A DNA stretch of 64,000 nucleotides, taken from NCBI GenBank assembly GCA_950097015.1, contig CATNEN010000041.1, forward strand, positions 1,922,001 through 1,986,000, in the 5' to 3' direction. Below the pieces are notes generated by a model. The model saw only the letters and a list, made by a program, of their open reading frames with translations. It ran no database searches and was not told where the DNA came from. This DNA comes from Macrostomum hystrix. Lineage: Eukaryota; Animalia; Platyhelminthes. A program made the translations under genes and the position numbers. Positions 12,945 through 26,100 of the stretch are shown one piece after another (within the stretch, counting starts at the first letter, position 1; each line of letters starts with the position of its first letter).

Positions 12945-15900
12945 CAAGATTGAAGCTAAATGGTTAACACAAGCATAGCCAACAAGATTGAAGCTAAATG
13001 GTTAACACAAGCATAGCCAACAAGATTGAAGCTAAATGGTTAACACAAGCATAGCCAGCAAGATTGAAGCTAAATGGTTAACACAAGCATAGCCAACAAG
13101 ATTGAAGCTAAATGGTTAACACAAGCATAGCCAGCAAGATTGAAGCTAAATGGTTAACACATGCATAGCCAGCAAGATTGAAGCTAAATGGTTAACACAA
13201 GCATAGCCAGCAAGATTGAAGCTAAATGGTTAACACAAGCATAGCCAGCAAGATTGAAGCTAAATGGTTAACACAAGCATAGCCAACAAGATTGAAGCTA
13301 AATGGTTAACACAAGCATAGCCAGCAAGATTGAAGCTAAATGGTTAACACAAGCATAGCCAGCAAGATTGAAGCTAAATGGTTAACACAAGCATAGCCAA
13401 CAAGATTGAAGCTAAATGGTTAACACAAGCATAGCCAGCAAGATTGAAGCTAAATGGTTAACACAAGCATAGCCAACAAGATTGAAGCTAAATGGTTAAC
13501 ACAAGCATAGCCAGCAAGATTGAAGCTAAATGGTTAACACAAGCATAGCCAGCAAGATTGAAGCTAAATGGTTAACACAAGCATAGCCAACAAGATTGAA
13601 GCTAAATGGTTAACACAAGCATAGCCAGCAAGATTGAAGCTAAATGGTTAACACAAGCATAGCCAACAAGATTGAAGCTAAATGGTTAACACAAGCATAG
13701 CCAACAAGATTGAAGCTAAATGGTTAACACATGCATAGCCAGCAAGATTGAAGCTAAATGGTTAACACAAGCATAGCCAGCAAGATTGAAGCTAAATGGT
13801 TAACACAAGCATAGCCAGCAAGATTGAAGCTAAATGGTTAACACAAGCATAGCCAGCAAGATTGAAGCTAAATGGTTAACACAAGCATAGCCAGCAAGAT
13901 TGAAGCTAAATGGTTAACACAAGCATAGCCAGCAAGATTGAAGCTAAATGGTTAACACAAGCATAGCCAGCAAGATTGAAGCTAAATGGTTAACACAAGC
14001 ATAGCCAGCAAGATTGAAGCTAAATGGTTAACACAAGCATAGCCAGCAAGATTGAAGCTAAATGGTTAACACAAGCATAGCCAGCAAGATTGAAGCTAAA
14101 TGGTTAACACAAGCATAGCCAGCAAGATTGAAGCTAAATGGTTAACACAAGCATAGCCAGCAAGATTGAAGCTAAATGGTTAACACAAGCATAGCCAACA
14201 AGATTGAAGCTAAATGGTTAACACAAGCATAGCCAGCAAGATTGAAGCTAAATGGTTAACACAAGCATAGCCAACAAGATTGAAGCTAAATGGTTAACAC
14301 AAGCATAGCCAGCAAGATTGAAGCTAAATGGTTAACACAAGCATAGCCAGCAAGATTGAAGCTAAATGGTTAACACAAGCATAGCCAACAAGATTGAAGC
14401 TAAATGGTTAACACAAGCATAGCCAGCAAGATTGAAGCTAAATGGTTAACACAAGCATAGCCAACAAGATTGAAGCTAAATGGTTAACACAAGCATAGCC
14501 AGCAAGATTGAAGCTAAATGGTTAACACAAGCATAGCCAACAAGATTGAAGCTAAATGGTTAACACAAGCATAGCCAGCAAGATTGAAGCTAAATGGTTA
14601 ACACATGCATAGCCAGCAAGATTGAAGCTAAATGGTTAACACAAGCATAGCCAACAAGATTGAAGCTAAATGGTTAACACATGCATAGCCAGCAAGATTG
14701 AAGCTAAATGGTTAACACAAGCATAGCCAACAAGATTGAAGCTAAATGGTTAACACATGCATAGCCAGCAAGATTGAAGCTAAATGGTTAACACATGCAT
14801 AGCCAACAAGATTGAAGCTAAATGGTTAACACAAGCATAGCCAGCAAGATTGAAGCTAAATGGTTAACACAAGCATAGCCAGCAAGATTGAAGCTAAATG
14901 GTTAACACAAGCATAGCCAACAAGATTGAAGCTAAATGGTTAACACAAGCATAGCCAGCAAGATTGAAGCTAAATGGTTAACACAAGCATAGCCAACAAG
15001 ATTGAAGCTAAATGGTTAACACAAGCATAGCCAACAAGATTGAAGCTAAATGGTTAACACATGCATAGCCAGCAAGATTGAAGCTAAATGGTTAACACAA
15101 GCATAGCCAACAAGATTGAAGCTAAATGGTTAACACAAGCATAGCCAGCAAGATTGAAGCTAAATGGTTAACACAAGCATAGCCAACAAGATTGAAGCTA
15201 AATGGTTAACACAAGCATAGCCAACAAGATTGAAGCTAAATGGTTAACACAAGCATAGCCAACAAGATTGAAGCTAAATGGTTAACACAAGCATAGCCAG
15301 CAAGATTGAAGCTAAATGGTTAACACAAGCATAGCCAGCAAGATTGAAGCTAAATGGTTAACACAAGCATAGCCAGCAAGATTGAAGCTAAATGGTTAAC
15401 ACAAGCATAGCCAGCAAGATTGAAGCTAAATGGTTAACACAAGCATAGCCAGCAAGATTGAAGCTAAATGGTTAACACAATGCATAGCCAGCAAGATTGA
15501 AGCTAAATGGTTAACACAAGCATAGCCAGCAAGATTGAAGCTAAATGGTTAACACAAGCATAGCCAGCAAGATTGAAGCTAAATGGTTAACACAAGCATA
15601 GCCAGCAAGATTGAAGCTAAATGGTTAACACAAGCATAGCCAACAAGATTGAAGCTAAATGGTTAACACAAGCATAGCCAGCAAGATTGAAGCTAAATGG
15701 TTAACACAAGCATAGCCAACAGATTGAAGCTAAATGGTTAACACAAGCATAGCCAGCAAGATTGAAGCTAAATGGTTAACACAAGCATAGCCAGCAAGAT
15801 TGAAGCTAATGGTTAACACAAGGCATAAGCCAGCAAGATTGAAGCTAAATGGTTAACACAAGCATAGCCAGCAAGATTGAAGCTAAATGGTTAACACAAG

Positions 15901-18900
15901 CATAGCCAACAAGATTGAAGCTAAATGGTTAACACAAGCATAGCCAGCCAAGATTGAAGCTAAATGGTTAACACAAGCATAGCCAGCAAGATTGAAGCTA
16001 AATGGTTAACACAATGCATAGCCAGCAAGATTGAAGCTAAATGGTTAACACAATGCATAGCCAACAAGATTTGAAGCTAAATGGTTAACACAAGCATAGC
16101 CAGCAAGATTGAAGCTAAATGGTTAACACAAGGCATAGCCAGCAAGATTGAAGCTAAATGGTAACACAAGCATAGCCAGCAAGATTGAAGCTAAATGGTT
16201 AACACAAGCATAGCCAACAAGATTGAAGCTAAATGGTTAACACAAGCATAGCCAGCAAGATTGAAGCTAAATGGTTAACACAAGCATAGCCAGCAAGATT
16301 GAAGCTAAATGGTTAACACAAGCATAGCCAGCAAGATTGAAGCTAAATGGTTAACACAAGCATAGCCAGCAAGATTGAAGCTAAATGGTTAACACAAGCA
16401 TAGCCAGCAAGATTGAAGCTAAATGGTTAACACAAGCATAGCCAGCAAGATTGAAGCTAAATGGTTAACACAAGCATAGCCAAGCAAGATTGAAGCTAAA
16501 TGGTTAACACAAGCATAGCCAGCAAGATTGAAGCTAAATGGTTAACACAAGCATAGCCAGCAAGATTGAAGCTAAATGGTTAACACAAGCATAGCCAGCA
16601 AGATTGAAGCTAAATGGTTAACACAAGCATAGCCAGCAAGATTGAAGCTAAATGGTTAACACAAGCATAGCCAGCAAGATTGAAGCTAAATGGTTAACAC
16701 AAGCATAGCCAGCAAGATTGAAGCTAAATGGTTAACACAAGCATAGCCAGCAAGAATTGAAGCTAAATGGTTAACACAAGCATAGCCAGCAAGATTGAAG
16801 CTAAATGGTTAACACAAGCATAGCCAACAAGATTGAAGCTAAATGGTTAACACAAGCATAGCCAGCAAGATTGAAGCTAAATGGTTAACACAAGCATAGC
16901 CAGCAAGATTGAAGCTAAATGGTTAACACAAGCATAGCCAAGCAAGATTGAAGCTAAATGGTTAACACAAGCATAGCCAGCAAGATTGAAGCTAAATGGT
17001 TAACACAAGCATAGCCAGCAAGATTGAAGCTAAATGGTTAACACAAGCATAGCCAGCAAGATTGAAGCTAAATGGTTAACACAAGCATAGCCAGCAAGAT
17101 TGAAGCTAAATGGTTAACACAAGCATAGCCAGCAAGATTGAAGCTAAATGGTTAACACAAGCATAGCCAGCAAGATTGAAGCTAAATGGTTAACACAAGC
17201 ATAGCCAGCAAGATTGAAGCTAAATGGTTAACACAAGCATAGCCAGCAAGATTGAAGCTAAATGGTTAACACAAGCATAGCCAGCAAGATTGAAGCTAAA
17301 TGGTTAACACAAGCATAGCCAGCAAGATTGAAGCTAAATGGTTAACACAAGCATAGCCAAGCAAGATTGAAGCTAAATGGTTAACACAAGCATAGCCAGC
17401 AAGATTGAAGCTAAATGGTTAACACAAGCATAGCCAGCAAGATTGAAGCTAAATGGTTAACACAAGCATAGCCAACAAGATTGAAGCTAAATGGTTAACA
17501 CAAGCATAGCCAACAAGATTGAAGCTAAATGGTTAACACAAGCATAGCCAAGCAAGATTGAAGCTAAATGGTTAACACAAGCATAGCCAACAAGATTGAA
17601 GCTAAATGGTTAACACAAGCATAGCCAACAAGATTGAAGCTAAATGGTTAACACAAGCATAGCCAGCAAGATTGAAGCTAAATGGTTAACAAAGCATAGC
17701 CAGCAAGATTGAAGCTAAATGGTTAAACACAAGCATAGCAGCAAGATTGAAGCTAAATGGGTTAACACAATCATAGCCAGCAGATTGATCTAAATTGTTT
17801 AACACAAGCATAGCCACAGTTGAAGCTAAATGGTTAACAAAAGCATAGCCGCAAGATGAAGCTAAATGTTAACACAAGCATAGCCAACAAGATTGAAGCT
17901 AAATGGTTAACACAAGCATAGCCAGCAAATATTGAAGCTAAATGGTTAACACAAGCATATGCCAGCAAGAGTGAAGCTAAATGGTTAACACAAGCAATAG
18001 CCACAAGATTGAAGCTAAATGGTTAACCAAAAAGCATAGCCAGCAAGATTGAAGCTAAATGGTTAACACAGCATACCAACACGTTGAAGCTAAATGGTTA
18101 ACACATGCATAGCCAGCAGATTGAAGCTTAAATGGGTTAAACACAAGACATAGCCAGCACGATTGGAATCTAATGGTTAACACATGCATAAGCCAGCAAG
18201 ATTGAAGCTAAATGGTTAACACAATGCATAAGCCAAGCAGATTGAAGCTAAATGGTTACACAAGCATAGCCAGCAGAGATTGAAGCTAAATGGTTAACAC
18301 AAGCATAGCCAGCAAGATTGAAGCTAAATGGTTAACACAAGCATAGCCAACAAGATTGAAGCTAAATGGTTAACACAAGCATAGCCAACAAGATTGAAGC
18401 TAAATGGTTAACACAAGCATAGCCAACAAGATTGAAGCTAAATGGTTAACACAAGCATAGCCAACAAGATTGAAGCTAAATGGTTAACACAAGCATAGCC
18501 AGCAAGATTGAAGCTAAATGGTTAACACAAGCATAGCCAGCAAGATTGAAGCTAAATGGTTAACACAAGCATAGCCAACAAGATTGAAGCTAAATGGTTA
18601 ACACAAGCATAGCCAACAAGATTGAAGCTAAATGGTTAACACAAGCATAGCCAGCAAGATTGAAGCTAAATGGTTAACACAAGCATAGCCAGCAAGATTG
18701 AAGCTAAATGGTTAACACAAGCATAGCCAGCAAGATTGAAGCTAAATGGTTAACACAAGCATAGCCAAGCAAGATTGAAGCTAAATGGTTAACACAAGCA
18801 TAGCCAGCAAGATTGAAGCTAAATGGTTAACACAAGCATAGCCAACAAGATTGAAGCTAAATGGTTAACACAAGCATAGCCAGCAAGATTGAAGCTAAAT

Positions 18901-19955
18901 GGTTAACACAAGCATAGCCAGCAAGATTGAAGCTAAATGGTTAACACAAGCATAGCCAGCAAGATTGAAGCTAAATGGTTAACACAAGCATAGCCAGCAA
19001 GATTGAAGCTAAATGGTTAACACAAGCATAGCCAACAAGATTGAAGCTAAATGGTTAACACAAGCATAGCCAACAAGATTGAAGCTAAATGGTTAACACA
19101 AGCATAGCCAGCAAGATTGAAGCTAAATGGTTAACACAAGCATAGCCAACAAGATTGAAGCTAAATGGTTAACACAAGCATAGCCAGCAAGATTGAAGCT
19201 AAATGGTTAACACAAGCATAGCCAGCAAGATTGAAGCTAAATGGTTAACACAAGCATAGCCAGCAAGATTGAAGCTAAATGGTTAACACAAGCATAGCCA
19301 GCAAGATTGAAGCTAAATGGTTAACACAAGCATAGCCAGCAAGATTGAAGCTAAATGGTTAACACAAGCATAGCCAGCAAGATTGAAGCTAAATGGTTAA
19401 CACAAGCATAGCCAGCAAGATTGAAGCTAAATGGTTAACACAAGCATAGCCAACAAGATTGAAGCTAAATGGTTAACACAAGCATAGCCAACAAGATTGA
19501 AGCTAAATGGTTAACACAAGCATAGCCAGCAAGATTGAAGCTAAATGGTTAACACAAGCATAGCCAACAAGATTGAAGCTAAATGGTTAACACAAGCATA
19601 GCCAACAAGATTGAAGCTAAATGGTTAACACAAGCATAGCCAGCAAGATTGAAGCTAAATGGTTAACACAAGCATAGCCAACAAGATTGAAGCTAAATGG
19701 TTAACACAAGCATAGCCAGCAAGATTGAAGCTAAATGGTTAACACAAGCATAGCCAGCAAGATTGAAGCTAAATGGTTAACACAAGGCATAGCCAGCAAG
19801 ATTGAAGCTAAATGGTTAACACAAGCATAGCCAACAAGATTGAAGCTAAATGGTTAACACAAGCATAGCCAGCAAGATTGAAGCTAAATGGTTAACACAA
19901 GCATAGCCAGCAAGATTGAAGCTAAATGGTTAACACAAGCATAGCCAGCAAGATT
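12945..19955. repeat. 7-kb satellite, 38-bp unit, about 184 copies, in PHKA intron 1
   Basis: Unit AAGATTGAAGCTAAATGGTTAACACAAGCATAGCCA(G/A)C, no spacers. Indel noise at about 15.5-18.3 kb suggests a weaker consensus, so the true length is uncertain. Confidence 0.98.
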
Positions 19956-22900
19956 AACTGCTGGTTAACACATAGCTATTTAAGATTGAAGCTATGGTTG
20001 ACATATTGTGTTAAATGGTTAACATTTGTAATTAACATTTAACACTTGTATCTTAAATAACCTAATCTTAGCTGGCTATTTGGTTAACACAAGCTAACAT
20101 TGCTGGCTATGCTTGTGTTAACCATTAACATTTTATTACCTTTACTATTATGCATAAAAAATTCTCATTCTTATTAAACTATTATATGTTCATTTTGAAT
20201 GCAATAAATATATTGTATCTAATTTCGAGATTTTTAATGACCTTTTGAAGTATTTCATTATTGCATATAGCTTATATGGAAAAAAATTATAAATTACATT
20301 TAGTATGTGGCTAAAGTTAGAGCCACAGTTATATTTTTGAGAAAATGTTTCGACTATTATGTATAATCTTAATGAAAAAAACAACATAAGGACACATGTC
20401 CGGAAACATTTTCATAATTTTAGGTTGGTGCCACATGGCAGGGCATAGAGCTATGTTGATGCACTGTAATACAAATGGCATTCTGTGTCAATGCACAGGA
20501 CGAATATGTTAGCTGTGGAAAACATTTTTAGAACTAAACTTTTACTGTTCCCAGTGTACATCCATGAACTTTGTGCAAAGATTGCAATGGAGATATAAAA
20601 ATACATTTCATAGATAGACAATAGTACTTACATATTTTGTTCTACAATGAATGTTTTTAACAAACCTATTATACTTTAAAAATAAAGCATTCTACAGTTA
20701 ATTTTAGAACATATTTAATTTTCACAAAGCAGATCAGTTAAATCAATATCAATTTGTATATCTTTTTACATAGCCAGCTAACTAAAATAGTCTAAAATAC
20801 TGACTTAACTAAGTCATTTGAGGTTAAAAATTGCCTTCAAATAAATATTAAATGTAATGTTTAATATTTAATACTTAATATTAGAATATAAAATATTCTT
20901 AAATAAATTAAATAAATATTATTAAATAAACTTAATATTTATTAAATGACAAAATATAAAAAAAACACTTTAAATATCCTTTATCAGGACTTTAAATATA
21001 CTGCAATGATCATGAATATTTTTAGTACATAGCTCAGATTGTTGAATTGCTCAGCTATATGCATATGACTAAAACTTTCAATAATCTATGTAGAAATTAT
21101 ACAGCTAGTTCATATTGTTCATCTTACCTAGATATGCAAATGCAATGGTCAAAATGAAATCTTTTTTTTCATTTTTCATTATGAAAGTGACATGAAAGTG
21201 TATTGATAAATAGTAAATTTTATTAACAAAAAATATATATATAATATTTTATAGCGCTAGAGTAATAGAGTAATACATAGACTTATTGTTATTTTTACCG
21301 CCAATATTGGAATTAAATTATTATTTCTTTTTAAGCTAGGGTGTTGTTATTTTTTAATAGCTAAAAACTAATGTTATTTTAGGTTGTAAGTTGTCAAGTC
21401 AATAAGCTAGAAAAATGTATATATTGTATAATTTTAATTGAAGCTAGCTAGGCAAAGTAACTTTTTGTTTAAGCTTTTAATATTATAGATCTTATCTTTA
21501 TATATCTTACTTTACTTGATTTAGATCATTAATATATCTCCATAACATAACTAACTATATCATATAGTTATGATAGGCCTACACCATCACATCACCCGGT
21601 GCTAGTGCTAGTGCCGTGTCCTAGACTCCTAGATTCCTAGAACCACTGCCATTGACTCTACTTATGCTAAAACCGCTAAATCTGGGTCGTGGTGGTAGTG
21701 CTGATGCTGCCGCTGCAACCACTTCATCCGCCAATTATGAACATTTGCAAGTGCAATTTGACCAATGGCGACAGATTAGAGATCAGCTACTTTAATATTG
21801 AAGCTTTGCTCATGCAAGTACACTTAGCACACATGGCACTGGTACAGCTAGTTAGGCTTGGCCTAGCCTACTTCAGCAAGCAATAGCATGTCTGTGCAAC
21901 TTCAGCCCAATTGAAGGTCATTAGCTCAATTAATTTTTTCGCCACCTTTCATTTCACAACTGGTGAAATTTAAGGCCGCACGACAAGCTTGTGAAATCTA
22001 AACTTAAAGAAGCACATGAAGTCAGGCGAGGAGAGATTCTGAAAGACAAAATTATCGGACTACTTATCGCAGTACTCGAATTTTGGTATCTGGATATCGC
22101 TTTAAGTAGATGCATTCAAAAAGCAAACACCTGGGACTTTTTAATAAGACCTTTTAAAAAATGTTTGTGCTGTCAACTTATATTTGTGCGTGTTTCGTCG
22201 AATTGTATTCGACTCAATACAACAAAAATACTACATTTTTTTCGGTGCAAATGATACTTATAATTATTATTACATTAGCTTTAAATGTCTTAGTTACTAT
22301 ATTTTACCTAAGAAGAAGTACGAAAATCATCAACTTTGTTTTTTATTTTTAAGTACCAATCGGCACAAATGGTCCGATTCATCATCAGTCATTCATAGTT
22401 TTAAAATCTAATCTATATCGTGTGGTAGATAATCTGAAAATGTTTCATTCATAGCAATTTGATTTTTTGTTCCACCAAGAACAACTGGCTAATTCTGCCT
22501 ATTCGGCCACAGATTTAACAGAAAGAACAATTGCCCCCCATGCTACTACAAAAAGTAGAGCCACTTAATTTTTAGCTTGGGTTCAGCATAACCAATAGAA
22601 TCGGGATAGATTCAAGCCTAATTTCTATCATTGTACTGCCTAGTAGCAACTGATCCAAAATGTCCGAAATGTACTATTTACAGTTCAATTGATGGAAGAA
22701 AGCGCAGTAGTTTAACAGTAGTTTAACAGAAATTCGCAACTTAGCAGAAAGTAGATTTATGCTTTATTCAAGCAAAAATTAAGATGCAAGTTGCTTCATT
22801 GGCAAAAGACTTTTGCAACTGCAGCTGCCATTCATTTTGAATAGTAGAAAACACTTTTTACGCTGATTCCCAGCTCTGTTCCCCGGCTTTCCCCTTCTCC

Positions 22901-23067
22901 TTTCCATTCCATTGGAAGGAGGAGGAATGGAATTCCTTTCTAATTTCCCCCAGGGACTCTCTTAGCAGAATCATAGCCGTGTAAAAACTCCTAAGTCCCA
23001 CTCTCAGATCCCACTCCGGTATGAATAGAAGCAGCCCCCACCCCTGCAGCAGCTCTGCTCAACTCAC

Positions 23068-23076
23068 AGAACCCAT
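23068..23076 (-). CDS. PHKA: Probable first coding exon of PHKA (Met-Gly-Ser)
   Basis: ATG GGT TCT followed by a perfect GTGAGT donor, phase 0. It joins the phase-0 acceptor at 12941 to give MGSSTRRQLDFY, similar in length to the vertebrate N-terminus. Other candidate exons in the 10-kb gap were not excluded. Confidence 0.5.
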
Positions 23077-23198
23077 TGAGTCGCTCACGAAAGCATAAAT
23101 AGGCAAGCCTGAAAAAGCTAGATTAGCAGCGAGAACTTCTTAACCAGAGGATAAGGCGAGTTTTTGCCCACAAGTGCACGGGAAGTGTCTCAAGCAGC
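23077..23198. promoter_or_regulatory. Candidate bidirectional promoter between PHKA and GS start codons
   Basis: 122 bp between divergent ATGs, with an AT-rich TAAATA element. Depends on the tentative PHKA exon 1. Confidence 0.35.
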
Positions 23199-26100
23199 AT
23201 GCTTGGCATCAACGTAACGAATAAGACTTCTCTGATGGTGAGTGCGGACTCAGTCACTGCAGCTTGATGCTTTTATCGGACTTTTAAAAGATAGCGAGCG
23301 GCTCATGGAGGATTAGACAGGGTGTCCTGGAGAACTAGACTCAGTCTTATAAAACTGTTATCAGACAGACAAACCCGAACAACTTTTTGGGATACTGTAT
23401 GACGCCAGTCAGGGACTAAAAGTACAAGCAAACAGTGGCTTATATTCCCTCTGACAAGCACGTTTGGAATGACTCAGTGCACAAACAAGGGAGCCATGAT
23501 GGTAAGCGGGTTTTTCCGTTCAACTGCCTGAGCTTGAAGCTCAGCGCTCACCCGCCGCCGCTCACCTTCACAGAGGTACCTGGCCTTGCCGCAGCCGGAG
23601 GACAAGGTGCAGTGCATGTACATCTGGATTGACGGCACCGGAGAGAATCTGCGGGCCAAGACTCGGACGGTCGAGACTGTGCCTAAGGAGGCCAAGGGTG
23701 AGTCGGACCACCGGATGCAGTGACACCTGCAGCTCCGGCTGGCTGGGCTTCAAGATAAAAGTACAAACTAACACAAGACAGCTCACTATTTCAGGAGGCG
23801 GCGGGCGCGCTGGACTGAGTAAGTTTGAGCAATGAGCTGCTGCCTCAGCTATCATGATTGGATTCCTCTCCTTGTACCCGCCTCTTTCATTCTAGGAGTG
23901 AGATTCCATCGGGGGAGAATGGGATTCCATTGGGGGAGAATGGGATTCCACTGGGGGAGAATGGGATTCCATCGGGGGAGAATGGGATTCCACTGGGGGA
24001 GAATGGGATTCCATTGGGGGAGAATGGGATTCCACTGGGGGAGAATGGGATTCCACTGGGGGAGAATGGGATTCCATTGGGGGAGAATGGGATTCCATTG
24101 GGGGAGAATGGGATTCCACTGGGGGATAATGGGATTCCATTGGGGGATAATGGGATTCCATTGGGGGAGAATGGGATTCCATTGGGGGAGAATGGGATTC
24201 CATTGGGGGGAGAATGGGATTCCACTGGGGGAGAATGGGATTCCACTGGGGGAGAATGGGATTCCATTGGGGGAGAATGGGATTCCATTGGGGGAGAATG
24301 GGATTCCATTGGGGGAGAATGGGATTCCATTGGGGGAGAATGGGATTCCATTGGGGGGAGAATGGGATTCCATTGGGGGAGAATGGGATTCCACTGGGGG
24401 AGAATGGGATTCCACTGGGGGAGAATAAGATTCCACTGGGGGAGAATGGGATTCCATTGGGGAGAATGGGATTCCATTGGGGAGAATGGGATTCCATTGG
24501 GGAGAATGGGATTCCATTGGGGAGAATGGGATTCCATTGGGGGAGAATGGGATTCCATTGGGGGGAGAATGGGATTCCATTGGGGGAGAATGGGATTCCA
24601 CTGGGGGAGAATGGGATTCCACTGGGGGAGAATAAGATTCCACTGGGGGAGAATGGGATTCCATTGGGGAGAATGGGATTCCATTGGGGAGAATGGGATT
24701 CCATTGGGGGAGAATGGGATTTCATTGGGGGAAAAGGGGATTGCATTAGGGGAAAAGGGGATTCCATTGGGGGAGAATGCGATTCAATTGGGGGAGAATG
24801 GGATTCCATTGGGGGGAGAATGGGATTCCATTGGGGGAGAATGGGATTCCACTGGGGGAGAATGGGATTCCACTGGGGGAGAATAAGATTCCACTGGGGG
24901 AGAATGGGATTCCATTGGGGAGAATGGGATTCCATTGGGGAGAATGGGATTCCATTGGGGGAGAATGGGATTTCATTGGGGGAAAAGGGGATTGCATTAG
25001 GGGAAAAGGGGATTCCATTGGGGGAGAATGCGATTCAATTGGGATTCCATTTTGTACAGTGAGATTCCATTGGGGAAGAGTCTAATTTTATTGGGGAGAT
25101 TCGGATTTCATTGTGAGAGTGGGATTTTTTTGTGGAGAGTTAGATTTCATTGGGGAGAGTGGGATTTCATTGGGGAGAGTGGGATTTCATTGGGGAGAGT
25201 GGGATTTCATTGGGGAGAGTGGGATTTCATTGGGGAGAGTGAGATTTCATTGGGGAGAGTGGGATTTCATTGGGGAGAGTTGGATTCAATTTCTTAATGG
25301 CAGACAGAGTTCAAGAAAACATGAAGAAATGAGAAAAATAAGGAAGAAAATCTCGAAGCATTTAACTAGCTGCTTTCCTATGCATTGAGTCTGATGCAGT
25401 TGAGCATGAAGGTGAAAAGTGTGAGTCGATAGTGCCGGACACTCTCCTAGATGAGCTGCGTGATGCCTGGGGTTCCATGGTCCAAATCTCCTGCAAAGGG
25501 AGAGAAAGGCGGGGATCCCCCCACACGGCAGCTCAGGTGAATGCATCGATCCGCATGAGTTGCCGGGAGGCATCCGGAGAGTGGCAAAAAAGTTGCTTTA
25601 AAAATAGGATTCCGCAGCCTGCATAGGTAGCGCCCGCCTCGTGCTGCGGCTCAATTTCTCAGCTCATTTGCGACACTCGCCCGCATCAAAGGTGAGGGCC
25701 TTCTCCGCCACCACCTGAGCAGCTTTTGTTTTCTCAGTTGGTCCGGGGAGGGGCATCTGGTTGCCATGGAGACCAGCAATGAATTCTCTTTCTTGGGCAT
25801 TTTCCTTTTGAGACCCATGCAGTGAGGGCACACTAGGTAGCCTGATGTGGAGAATCGGCCTGATGAAGAAATCATTTTACGCATCTATTTTTCATCTGAA
25901 TCGAAACACGGCGTTGTGCAAAGAAAGCTATTTTGTGCAAGCCCGAAGAGGTGTTAAACGGAAAGTGCTTGTAATATTTGATTAAGCGTATGCTTGTAAA
26001 TGCGGCATTACTTGACGCAAAGTTCCAAAGAAACAGACATTTGAGAAGAGATGGGAGTTGAAAGGGTGAGGTGAGAAAAGAAAATAAGTTAGAAGTTACT

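Noticed and set aside
12945-19955. CRISPR-like appearance of the 38-bp (and 65-bp) repeats
   Set aside because: Units are directly adjacent with no unique spacers, there are no cas genes, and the context is a eukaryotic intron.
12945-19955. Binary AGC/AAC variant pattern as a higher-order repeat or code
   Set aside because: No regular period was visible by eye, and indel noise in the middle suggests consensus error.
25390-25626. Coding-like stretch ([14 protein letters not shown]...) in GS intron 2
   Set aside because: Bounded by stops, has no recognisable family, and is not needed for a complete GS.
25855-25920. CTGATGA...CGAAAC as a second hammerhead
   Set aside because: Stem II has no closing pair and stem I does not form.
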